A stretch of 49,346 nucleotides of DNA, counting the filler, from Basidioascus undulatus (Eukaryota): the NCBI GenBank assembly GCA_000826855.1. It is 2 parts of 2 records of this genome, joined end to end, with 100 filler letters (N's around TTAATTAATTAA, not from the genome) between each part and the next. Parts side by side here need not be neighbours in the genome. Positions count along the whole stretch, not along the records: positions 1 to 30,077 come from JTLS01000430.1; 1 more part is not named here. One strand, given 5' to 3'. The number at the start of each line of letters is the position of its first letter. Positions within the stretch are counted from its first letter, which is position 1. Below are positions 1 to 11,417 of this stretch, piece by piece. The position numbers and the translations under genes are program-made. Under the pieces are notes generated by a model. It saw only the letters and a program-made list of their open reading frames with translations. It searched no databases and was not told the DNA's origin.

Positions 1-480
1 ATGTGTCCTACCGTTAGACTACGTGGGCGATCTCTTTCTTGATCTATATACGAGATTGTGGTTCGCTTTTGCCCCCTTCTCAGTGGGCTTCGTAGTAGTT
101 ATTTGGGCGAGTTTCGAGTTCGCTGTATGACCTTGTTGTACCGTCCCCTTCTTCACACACCCTTCTTGCGCTCGCCGATCGATCCATGATCGTCCCCGCT
201 CGCTTGCGTGTGCTTGTTGTGTCGGCGAGCACGGAACGGACTTCACGGCGTGCAAAGAAGTAGGGGTTCGAGAAGGAGGGAAGGCAGAGAAGCCTCCACC
301 TCGCTCGCTTCGCTGATTGACCGCTCCGGGCGTGGCCGGATGACGAAACGGATCTGCGCCCGTTCGAGGTGTTGTTCAATCGCATTGGCCACGTGCGCTT
401 CTTGATCAACTACCTCTTTCATCCAGGAAAGCTCAACAACACCACTCACACCCACCCAACGAAGAACAGAAGAAGCAACG

Positions 481-1086
481 ATGGCCGACGCGTTCCAGGC
501 ACCGAAGGAAATCAAGGGGCGGATCATCTTGCTCGCTGGGGTGCGTCTTCCCGCTTCCCGCTTTCCCCCCGCTCCCTTCTCGTCAAACCGAAGGAGAATG
601 CTGTGAGTGGGATGGTAGATCGCTGATGTGGGCTTTTGGGTGGGTGGGACGTGCAGATCGAGGCCAAGCCCGGCAAGGGCGACGAGCTCGCCAAGATCAT
701 TGCGGAGATCCGCAAGCTCGCAGAGAGCTCCTCTGAGCCGGAGACGCACACGTACGTCTCATATCTCTCCCCCATCTCTCTCCTCCCCAGAAGGCTAATG
801 TGAGTTGTGGGTTGTGGGGTGTAGGTACCGCACGATCCGCGGCGCCGGGAAGGACGCGGACAAGTTCCGGGTGTTTGAGGAGTGCGTATTTTGTTGGGAA
901 TTAATGGAGGGAAGGAGAAGGAGAGAAGGGGAAGCTGATGCTGGGTGGGGTGGGGTGGGGCCGAACAGGTACTCGAACCAGGACGCGATCGCGCACCACA
1001 TCAGCTCGGAGCAGTTCGGGCGCCTCGCAAAGTCCGATTTGCTCGCTGGCCCGCCGTCGATCGAGTTCTTTGAAGAGTTCAAGTAG
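481..1086 (+). CDS. Small ABM (antibiotic biosynthesis monooxygenase-like, dimeric alpha/beta barrel) protein, 4 exons
   Basis: Introns 541-656, 752-824 and 882-968 (GT..AG, CTRAY branch) splice to an open frame MADAFQAPKEIKGRIILLAGIEAKPGKGDELAKIIAEIRKLAESSSEPETHTYRTIRGAGKDADKFRVFEEYSNQDAIAHHISSEQF...EFFEEFK*. AKPGK..EP..Y..F.vFEeY....A...H is the ABM pattern. Confidence 0.85.
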
Positions 1087-2592
1087 ACGAGTGGGGGTGT
1101 ATTTGGAGGGAGGTTGAATGGGTGGAGGTGGATAGAAATACGGACCGGACGGATGAATGAAGATGAAGAAGATAAGAACATGCGATGCGCTTTGTGAACT
1201 TCTCTGAGTGTTTGACGGACTGTTGGATCTTGATGTGTAGAGTAGCTACCCAAGTATAGGTGTTGATGAGTGAATGAGGGAGGGACAGACTGGGTCTGAA
1301 TGTGACAGGCAGAAAAGACTGCCGTGCGGTGAAGGGTGAAAACGCTTTGGTTCCACCCGCCCCCCAACCAGGCCCGTGAAAATTCGAAACGATAAAAGTG
1401 TGCATTTTCGTGATACGGCTTGTTCGAATACTTTAACACCCTCAGGTTATTGGACGTCGAGGTAACTACTGGGCAGCCGGTCTGCAAGTCTAAAAGAGTG
1501 CAGCGTATGAGGTGCAAGCGAAAGCTCTAGGTCACCATCGAATGCGACGGGAAATGAAGAGGCCAGGTATTTGACCCAAGAATTTTGCTTCAAGTGGTAT
1601 GAACACCTAGTTGCTGCCATGAAGCGGCGCTCGTATACTCGCCCAGCTGGACGTTGCACATGGGGAGCGCAATGACGAAAGACTGGCGCGGCGAACTCCG
1701 CGTATTGGCTTGGTTTGGGAATTTATAGATTCATCAGCGGATCAAATGGACTGGCGATCAAAGGGGCGGGAGGGAAAAGGCATCGCAACCATTGTTCGTT
1801 CCCAGCTCGTACTACGCCTTTCCCAAATCGAACCGTCCACACCCGGCCCTTCAACGTTGCCAACGCACTGTTGAACGACTGGCAACCACTCAGAGCCTGA
1901 GGGACATGGCAAACCTGTAGACTGTTTCGCCTCCTCTCCTCATAGAACTATCGCACTTATGCGCTCCGTGTGATGGGTGTGCCGACGAGAGCCGGAGCAC
2001 ATTTCGCCGGCATCCATGGGCGAGCAACTAACACGGGAGTTGTGATTTGAAGACGCTGAGTTCGGACAAGAACTAAGTGCCCGAGAGGCTCTGCGGCGTG
2101 CGTCAACTAGGACAAAGGAAAGGGTGGGCTGCGGAAATATCCCAAGAAAGCCTGAGCAATAAATTTGAAAGTTTTAAATTTATGCTCGAGCGGAAAGGTG
2201 TCGAAAGCAGAGCAGCCCACCACCCACAGCACGTTCAGCCCACCCCGGCATGTGCAGTCGGAACCGGGTTCTAACATTCTGGTAGCGGTTGGGCAATTCA
2301 GAACGATACCAGATTTCTCCACTACTAATTTGTTTGGTTTTTCTTTGAGTCGAGTTTGAGCACCATCGGTTCTGAACCAAACCAACGACGTCCTAGCCGG
2401 GATGGGAAGTTTTCCTCCAGCGCTAGGTGGGCTTGTCAAGACGGTTCCAAACATTTCACGAGTTCGGTTTCATGGCATTCCAAAGAGAGAGTGCAGTCGT
2501 GCAGCGCAGATCGGACTGAAACTGTCGAGGAAGAACGTCCGCCCAATCCGGCGTCGGCATCGAAAGCCAAGATGCATCAGAAGTAATCATAG

Positions 2593-3460
2593 TCATCGAA
2601 AAGTCCCCAGCGTCACCATCGGATCGTATCCGTAAAAAGGGTCCGCCTCCGGTCCCGACTCCTGTGCATCCGTGTCTTGTTCAGAATCGTCCGATTCAGG
2701 CCTGGGTTTCGAGAGCTTGACCACCAGGAGGGGAACACCGCTCGGGTCTTTGCGGAGGTGCTCCGCAAAGTCCATATAGTGAGAGCTCAGGCTCATTGGT
2801 TTGGGCAGGTTAACAACACTTGGCATGATTGGGCAAGACCGGGGGAGTAAGTTGAAGGCGCTCACTCGGCTTTGCGCTTTTGGAACTCGAAATGTTCCAA
2901 GAGGCTCCTTATCAAGCTACCGCCTCAGATCTCTTCGAAGAGGGTGTGACACGGCGGAGCGGATTGTCCGTTGAGACTGGTATGGATGGAAAAATCCTTC
3001 AGCAGACATTTGGATTCGATGCGGAGGCAGACACAAGGGATCGTGCACGAGCAACTTCTTCATATACCGCATCAAATCAGCAACAGTGACACCCTCCGGA
3101 TTCTCAACCTGTTTATATGGCAAATATGTCAAGCTAAGCCTCTCGGTACAATGAAATGTGGGACGAACCTCAAGGAACAGGTCGTCCTCCTCCAACAAGT
3201 CCCGATAATTGCCAGGGCAGATCACGTCGACTCTCACCCGCGTTAGGCCCGGGCGGGTGAGCAAGCCTCGCTTCGCAAACCGCGCGTCACGGGCCGAGCG
3301 AACCCAGGCTTTTTTGAGCTGGAGGTTGGCCGGCGAGAGTGGGGGCGCTTGAAGAGGTCATATAGCTTGATGGTGCTGTTGGCGATGAAGGGGTTCAGCC
3401 GCTTCGAGTAGGAGACGACGGTATCGGGGGTTGGGATCTCGGAAGCTGGAGAACTCAATC
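2593..3460 (-). pseudogene. Degraded hypothetical fungal gene (DUF6699-like pattern)
   Basis: Segments RLNPFIANSTIKLYDLFKRP, LTRPGLTRVRVDV and, after a GTTCGT..CAG intron, LEVENPEGVTVADLM resemble a common basidiomycete family. The first two segments are in different frames and no clean start was found. Confidence 0.4.
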
Positions 3461-4138
3461 TCAGCTAGAAGGAGGACGGTGGATCGGGTGGGAGATGAGG
3501 GATGCTATAGACAACGTACGGAACGCGACGTTCTTAATTCCGCCACGTAGCCATATCGGGCAGCCACTAGAGACCCACCAGCCCAGACCGCTCTCCACGC
3601 AACCTAATCCTCCTGATCACATTCACGAAGATCCTGAGAAAACCTTCCGAGTCCCCGCTCACGGCAAGGCATGCGTCAGATGGCCGCGTTGGAATCCGGG
3701 TGAAGCACTTCACGGGTGACGCAGCATGTTTTGTGCAACGACAGTAGATCGCGAGGAAATGTCGAGTTAAGTTTCGGTTGGCAGGTTGATCAATGAGGGA
3801 GACATATAACCACAGGAGTAAGATGGCGAACAAGGGAAAGAGGGGCCTGGCGCATGCGACGCTGCTTGTGGGACGGCGCGGTGTCAAACTTGCCGAGGTT
3901 GGCGAACAAGACACTTTATCTTAGTCTTGTCGTGTATGGTATGATTTAATGTGTCTCTTGAAGGCCTGATGCAGTGAAAGGGAGCCAGGCGAAAGCGGTG
4001 TTGCGATGGGAGATAAGGCTAGTGAAGGAAGGAATGTCCGGATGCGAAAGAAACGAGAGTGTTCCAGAGGAATGAGGAAAGGGGACAGGGAACTAAAAGT
4101 ATCTGAACTCTATCTCTAAGCAGTGTTGTAGGCGCAGG

Positions 4139-4616
4139 TTAAGCGCATCGGCACGAGGGGGCAAGAATGCTCTTGGTGAGGTTGAGCACGGCGAGAAGCC
4201 CGGCCTTGACGGATGCGAAGAACTTGACCCTGTGACGTCCAACGAAAGCTTCATTAGTTAAATACTCGAAGTGCACCTGCGGTCTGGTGGAACTTGAGTG
4301 CAACGCACTTCGCACCGATCTTCCACATGATGCCGTGCACGCAGCTGAGTCCGGAGAAAACGGAGGCGATGGACGTGCTGCAAGTAGTGCTATTCAGTTA
4401 CATGTTTAACGTATTAAACGGTCTGCCCAATGAAAGGGTCGAGTAGACTTACTCGAGGCCTGCGACAATGGTCTTGAATCCACCGATGCCGCCGGACAGG
4501 ACGTCGAGCTCCGCGCAGAGCTGCAGAGCGGACGCAACACGAAACGCAACTGCCCGCTTCAGTGCCTCTTGCAGCAGCACTGCTTCCCTCGGCGATCTCA
4601 CTGATGAATCCTGCAT
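4139..4616 (-). CDS. Small 3-exon hydrophobic protein, or orphan 3' end of a secreted-protein gene (absent from ORF track)
   Basis: Introns 4378-4452 (GTAAGT..CAG) and 4230-4308 (GTGCGT..CTAAT..CAG) give the open frame MQDSSVRSPREAVLLQEALKRAVAFRVASALQLCAELDVLSGGIGGFKTIVAGLDTSIASVFSGLSCVHGIMWKIGAKVKFFASVKAGLLAVLNLTKSILAPSCRCA*. The start is uncertain. Confidence 0.55.
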
Positions 4617-6515
4617 CTAAAAATGATCTTCCTCAGGGGGTCATTCAAAAGCCTGATTTGATTCGGCCTCGTGCTATCTACGCTGGTCGGCTCCGGTGGT
4701 GGAGTAAACTAGGCCTCAAACACGTCTGCAACTCAACATGCTGTGCTGTCAGATTACGAAGGGGTTGCATGACAATAGTCTTGTACACTCGGAATTGAAA
4801 TTAGTTCGGAACCATAAACAACTCTGCAGAAAGACCGACATGAGCGAGATCGCGACACTGGCTCGTCGAGAGAGCAAAATGCAACGTTTCAGGGGTTGCA
4901 TTAACCCCAGGTTACTCCCGAGATACTTTCATGGACCTATACATGACGCGATAGTTTTCGGTTATTGCATGCATTTGAATCATTTGATTTTGTTTCTCTC
5001 CGGAACCGACTGTACCTTCATGCATTGTTGAGATGCACGTCGGCAAGTTGCCATGGGGCAGAACACAGGGTGTTTCGCTGCGAGTGACCACCTCACTCCA
5101 CCAGCGCAGGAGCTAAAAAGGATAACAGGGAATAACCAATTCTGCTTCATATGATGCGTTCTTTGATAGAAACTAGGCAACTCTACAGTGGAAACAAGTG
5201 TAAGCATGTTTACTGTTAGAGTCTCGGAGAAGTATCAAGCAACGTGCACCGGTGGCGAGAGGTAATCGGGTGAAGATCTCTCGTTCAAAGAAATTATTCT
5301 CAGATATCTTGTCAATACAAGGGGGTTCGATTGTAGAATAGCCTGTCAAAGTCCTTCCGGCCGAGCGTTGCCTTGGGCGGGCGTGACCACATGACGAAAG
5401 TTCTGAACGCCTTTTGCACTGTTCGCTTTTGACAATTGCACAGCTCATAGTTCCAGTTAAGTACGTCCTGAAGTCACATTTCCCGGTCAGTTCGCCGGCC
5501 TGCACAGCCAACGCAGTTTTGCCAATCCCCTTCCTGTACGGCCACGGACCCAGTTCTTCCTGATTATGATGCTCTCTCTCTCTCTCTCCTGTGCTGACAT
5601 TGAGGTATATCACCTTCTGTGACGCATTCCTCATCGGCCGCAGGATTCAACAGCAGAATTCAGCATCACAGCCGCATCTTCGGCTAACCAGCAGCGCACG
5701 GTACAGCTGTTGCGCAGCCAGAGGCTGCGCGCCCACGCATTGGCCGCCAAGAGGAGCAGTGAGGTTGGGTTCGAACATTCAAGGATTGGAATAAGCCAAC
5801 CAAAAGCTCCTTGGATACCCGAATGTACTCCGGCGAGATGTCTGTGAAGAGGGAGTCATCTTGTCGCTCAGCAACGTCCCCACGCCTGTGTACTCTTCGC
5901 ACACTGCGGTGGTCCGTCTCCTGGTTTGTGGGCCGATTTTATCCGCTACACAGCACATTTCAAGACCTATGTTTATCCTGACCGGAGCCTTTTTTCTAGT
6001 GGGCAACCTCCTTGGTTGGTTCATCGGTGTTTTGTCGCCTCTGCGCGCCAACGCACGAGCCGCCTGGATAAGATTGCAAGCATCCAGCGACCTTCTTCAC
6101 AACACTTTCAATTGCTGTACAGCCTTCGGGCATAATATAATACAAAGCGCAGTTGAATTAAACCAAAGTCCAGATACATTCTGATCAGTACACAAGCTTG
6201 AATGCACAATCGGAATGCAATGTCCTCGGATATGGCTGAACCCATTTCCGGTTTGCCTGGCCGACCTACGATATCACTCTTAGCTTAACTCTCGCTTTCC
6301 AAGCGATCGCCATGACCTCTCAGCAGACGCTTGTGCTCGCTTATCCCAACAAATATCTAGTCACGGCGCATTACGGGCGGGGCCGGATCGATGCGCTGGG
6401 CTTAGTGCGCGCACACGGGCGTTCACCAACGCGCCAGACTTCGCGCTTGGACATATCCACGTTCCAGTGACTGCTCACTTGTGTGCACATCCTGTTAACA
6501 GTTCGCTACGAGGTC

Positions 6516-6565
6516 GCTAGGTAATCAAGAGCTTGAAGCTGCTAGGTAACCAAGAGCTTGAGGCT
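6516..6565. repeat. Tandem duplication, 2 x 25 bp
   Basis: GCTAGGTAATCAAGAGCTTGAAGCT followed by GCTAGGTAACCAAGAGCTTGAGGCT (2 mismatches). Confidence 0.9.
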
Positions 6566-6873
6566 GCGCAAGGTGGCTGGCCATTGGCGCTGGTCGGTAG
6601 CCGGCCAGTCGTGCTCACCAGGCTTATCCTCTACCGCCGGCGGCTGCTCTGCAGACGGTCAGGGCGCCGACGAATTCGTCTTCGAGCTTGAGGTGGCCGG
6701 GAACTTGGGAAGCTCGTCGCGCTCCCTTCCAAAGAAGCCGCGTTACCCGGTCTGCCTTCTAACCACCTACCTCACAACAGGCTCCCCCAGCCCGACCGGC
6801 ATCGCTCGCGCACTCAAGCTGATCATCCGCTCCTTACCCTCTGCACTCACTCATACCCTCATTGTCCTCATCG

Positions 6874-7882
6874 ATGCACCCATTCACCACCGCCTCGTTA
6901 CCACTCGCTTCACGGCGCAACCGCAGCCCGCTGCGTCCGCTCGCTGTGCGGACTTCCAACTCGGCAGCCGACTTGCGAAGTCACTTCCAGAACGAAGGTA
7001 ACGGCCTTCAGTAGGGTGCTCCGGAACGTTTTGGAAACCGGGCTGACAGAAGTTCATGGACTGGCTGCGTAGATGACCATCTTGCATCGGCGGGTGGATA
7101 CTGGGACGAAGAGGTGTACCACGCTATCTCACCAGGTAAGCTGCCTACCCGTCCGGTTGTTCCCATAGCCCGCTGAACCAAGGGTCACAATTCTTAATAC
7201 AGAGCGAACTGTGTTTCCCCCGCCTCGGCGCAGCTCAATCCAGTTCATCGCCGCGGCCAATCCGCACCCATACGCGAGCGCCATCCCCTCTCCGCCGCTG
7301 CCACCGACGCCGCAGTCCGCCTCCTCGGCCCGGACACTTTCCTCCCTACCTCCGGTCATTCTCTCCCCCAGCCACAATTCTACACCATCAGTTCTGCTCT
7401 ATTCGCCGCCGTCCACTCGCAATGCCCGCGCGCTCCCGGTCACCGAGGAGGACGCTGCCTCCCTCAGCGAAGCACTCGACCTCTTCCCCTCCCCGCCGCC
7501 GCACTCTCCACCTTCCGCGCCCACTCCTCCCCAGTCCATTTCTCGTCGCCGCACTCTCCATCGTCGCTCCTTGATCATGCCAGCTACCCCGCCCCCTTCA
7601 CCGCCACCGACGTGCCCCCTACCGCCCGTTCCAAGCGCAGCCTTGCCGCAACCTGCGGTCTCCTCCCGGCCTCCGCGACCGACGTATCCACCACCACGCG
7701 TCCCGGGTGAAGCCCTTCCGAGCCCCACGGTATCATCTCCCCCTCCCCCCAGGCCGAAGCGCTCGCCTGCGAGAGGACAGTCTCCGACTCCTCCGCTGTC
7801 CCCTGTCGCTCCAAGTAGGCCTGTGGTCTCGAGGCTGCACAAAGCACTGTCGACGCCCGAGCTATGGACGGCTCGCCCCTGA
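6874..7882 (+). CDS. Proline/serine-rich, probably disordered hypothetical protein, 3 exons
   Basis: ATG at 6874. Introns 6998-7072 (GTAACG..GCTGAC..TAG) and 7136-7202 (GTAAGC..CAG) join MHPFTTASLPL...HFQNEDDHLASAGGYWDEEVYHAISPERTVFPPPRRSSIQF... in frame with the 7211-7882 ORF. Many PxxP motifs. Confidence 0.75.
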
Positions 7883-8672
7883 AGCAGACTGATTGATTAA
7901 TTCCATAATGTACAACAGTCAATACTTAGACTAGTTTCCGGCTTACTTCGATTTGACTCTAATGTGCCTGCTTCGGTTGTGATTTACTGTCCCCTTTGCC
8001 TTCGATACGTCAATAAACCGTCTCTTCAGGAAGCCAAGTCTTTATCTCTTCTTCATGCAAGTCTTAGAACTTTGGCAGAACGATTGATTTTGAAACATTT
8101 TACTGGACAAGACCCGCCGAGGGAAAGTTAAGGATGAATGGGCTGTCCGGGTTTTCACTGCCCCGCTGCCCATTGGTCTTCCCTCTTTCTCCTCGCCATG
8201 TCTTCTCTTGACGAAACCGTCGGCAAAAAATTAACAACTGCTTCCCCGCTGCGATCCATTGAAATCAAATATATTCCCAGCCCTCGCAGCTCACGCTGTA
8301 CAAGGAGCGGAAACCACAAGCCTCGCATTGTCAAACAACTCCACAGATTGGCAGCATCCACCGTATTGTCGCGGAAAGCCACAAGTTATTCATTCAAAGC
8401 ATTCATTTTCTCCGCTTAAGACTACTCAGCAAGGACAGAGGCAATTGAAGGACATGCGAGTCGAGCTCCCCAAGCTCCGACAATTTCGTCGGCGGTTAGC
8501 GCTCGTTCTTCTCCGACCATCATCATTTCTGCTTCGGGCTTCGTTCGGCCAGGAGCAAAAGGCAGCTCTCGATCTCTGGTGACCAGACGGACGCGAGATC
8601 ATTTCCAGTAAGCAGTCACGCTTGCTCATGTCACACACCATGCCACTCACTCTCTGATTGATCAGGCTTGCG

Positions 8673-9450
8673 ATGGCGCATCCTGCCTTATACGGGCTAC
8701 CCACCGAGGGGTGGACGCGCATATTCTCAGATGCTGCAGGCATATCGAGCGTTAACCCGCTCAAGCCAGATATAGTTGCGCGACAGGCGCTGCGGAGCTT
8801 ACCGTTAGTGTGCAGATGTGCAGACGCAGACCTCTCCTTCCCGTGGCTGCCGCTCATCGCCCACCGCTCCGCCAACACACTCACCCCCTCGACATTGCCC
8901 TCGATGGTGGATACATACCCCCATCAACGACCACCTCCCTCAACTCGTTCACGTGCCTCACGCGCTTGTGCCTCGCAGACGGCCTCAACGGTCGGAAACA
9001 CGAGAAGCGGGCGAAAGCATCTCTTCCGCATTTGTCCCTTGCCTATGTTAGCTCGAGCTCGAGATCAACCACAGTGATATCGAACTTTTCGACAACGGCT
9101 ATCCCTTCCTGCACGTCGTCGACGAAGCTCCCTCCCTCGTCCGCCTCCGGTGGCATGGCGAGACGTGCTTCGTCGAGAACGGGTCGGCGGAGGTGGAACC
9201 CTTTGGGTCGACGCTGCGCGCGCTCGAGTTCCAGCTGCTTACGAAGGTGCTTTCACCTGGCTCGACGTACTCGCCCCACCCTCGAGAAGCTCACATTCCA
9301 GTTCATGCGCTTCTGGTTCGAGTGCAAGGACAACCTGACATCCACGTACCAGCTCCGGCTATCCGACCCTCCGGCGACTCCGTCTTTCGTACGACCGTGT
9401 CGGCGACAAGCTTTTGCGTGCGCTCGATCATGCCGATGCCCCGCGCCTAG
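8673..9450 (+). pseudogene. F-box/LRR-like gene relic
   Basis: N-terminus LYGLPTEGWTRIFSD...ALRSLPLVCR matches the fungal F-box pattern (LP.E.w..IF...L.lVCR). LRR-like pieces (FTCLTRLCL, PSLVRLRW, TLRALEF, TLEKLTF) lie in different frames. Confidence 0.5.
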
Positions 9451-9689
9451 AGACGAACAATCCAGTTCTTGCCATGCGAGGGGTACGGCTACGACAGGCT
9501 GTTGTGGGCCTGCGACTGAGTGGTTGATGAGAGGAAGATGCAAAAAGAGACGAGTCAGGCTTCGGCGGACCCTTACGCGAGAGAGTTAGTTTGCAGAACG
9601 CGCCCTCCCCGCCCATGGTCTGCCGGCAACATAAAAGAGCGTACCGCTCTTTACTCAATAAGCTCATGCTGTGACCTACAAACCTCAAG

Positions 9690-10090
9690 ATGAAAATTCC
9701 CCATATCACGCCACATCTGTTCTTCGTCCTCTCCATCCTCCTGCGCCTCTGCGTCTTCGCAAACACCCAGAGCATGACCACTCCCACGAGCGGCCCAACT
9801 CCAGCTCTGGCAGTCTGATATCACTGCCGCTACAGCTACTATTACCGCACCTGCATGGATTATACGCCGGACGCTGGGACGAAGGCACGCAGTGGATCGG
9901 CATAGGTAGCGCGGGCGGTCTGTAGGTGGAAGGTACAGGTGAGTTCGAAATCCAAGGCTGTCAACATTTGGTGAAACACATCATGGACTAACGTCGGGAT
10001 GTTCACCGGAACAGTGTTCATTGGTATGGCTGTGGCAGTTTCAGCGGCACTCGCGCTGTTGTAAAACAGCCCCTGGCCAGGCCATGACTG
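9690..10090 (+). pseudogene. Small secreted Cys-containing protein gene with two in-frame stops
   Basis: TATA-like ATAAAAG near 9631. MKIPHITPHLFFVLSILLRLCVFA is signal-peptide-like. The frame runs through TGA (9816-9818) and TAG (9903-9905) to a GTGAGT donor at 9939, with a CTAAC branch and CAG acceptor. 3' end approximate. Confidence 0.45.
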
Positions 10091-10479
10091 CCTGATCCTG
10101 AACCTGAACTGTCCAATCATGAATACACTCCAGCTTGTGATACTGAACATACATTTGTGCCTCCGTCCTGCTCTAGTCCATGCCCCGGGTCACCCGTGCA
10201 TGCCCCTCCATAAACGCCACCATCTTAATGTGACGATGCTGGTACCCCTCGGAGCCTGAATCTTCGTGCCTCCTTCTTAGCCTTCGCGCGAGCCTCTGCG
10301 ATGGCCTCCGTCCATTCCGCCATCCAGCCCTGTACTTCTAATCCAGCGGTGGTGAACCAAGCCAGTGGTTCTAGGAGGCCCGTCATCACCCCCCTAGTAC
10401 AACGGCGTCTGGGAGTACGGCGACCTACATCAAAAAATGTCTGTGCGAGACGTTCGCAGCTGTTGGCACAGTGGATTAG

Positions 10480-11209
10480 CTAGGGGAAGGAATCAGCCAG
10501 AAAGTGCATGTGGAGAAGCTTTCGCACCGGCTTCCTCGCTTCAGCATCATTGATCAAGCGCAGCAATTCGCGCCCGACGAAGTGCTCAAGCCTTTCCTGG
10601 TTTTTCCTCGTATCCGTTTGTGAAATGACTCCAGCCGCGATGAGGGCACTGCGTTGGGCGCGATGACGCAAGTCGGCGGGCGAGTCATGCTCAACCGTGT
10701 CGGACTCCAGCGGATGCGAGCAGGAAACGCCATTGCCTGTAGGGGTTTTGTGGTCAGAACGGCAGTCTGGACGAGGGAGCGGGTGTCGACAGAAAACTCC
10801 TCGCTCACCTTGTCCACTGCCTGCTCTCGCTCCTCGGCAGTCGTTATCGGCAAACCGTGCCGCTCTGCGAGATTCCCCCCCCCCCCNTTCCCGAACCCTT
10901 CGTCCGTGCTTCGCGGATTCAATCGCCCGATCACGAGTCAGTACGAGACATGGGAAAAGCGACCTAACGGAGCAGCCGGCTCACAATGTAGCTGCTGTAA
11001 AGCTTGCCTGCATGCTCATCCTCTGACGCGGAACTCAACGAGAGCCCTTGTTTCCATGCCCAGGACTCGAAGGGATCCCAGGGCTGGGCCGGGAGAGTGG
11101 GGGAAGAAGAGAAGGCCGTGAAGGTGCGAGCAAAGACGATGTTGAGCGCGAGGCCCGGTCGGCGGATTGATCGACAGGGTATGAGGCAACGGTGGTAATG
11201 AGCCATCAT
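10480..11209 (-). CDS. Possible 3-exon hypothetical gene (may be degraded)
   Basis: Two GTGAGC..CTGAC..AG intron-like segments link the 10964-11209 and 10480-10671 ORFs. The frame depends on a G12 homopolymer next to an N at 10887. Confidence 0.3.
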
Positions 11210-11417
11210 CTCGTGCAGGTAGCGAGTGCAAGAGGTGTAATTCTGTGAAAGGGATCAGGAGAAAAAATCGGGGGTGATGGTGGTAAGGAACAGAGGGTAC
11301 TACAAGGCGAGGCGAACGGGCATGCTAAAGGTAGTGCGGCACGCCCGGGAACTGGCCTCCTTTCTGCCACAACTTCGAACAGCTCCGAGACAGAATGGGA
11401 ATCATGAGACCCAATAA

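Noticed and set aside
5573..5588. (CT)n microsatellite
   Set aside because: Short, ordinary simple repeat.
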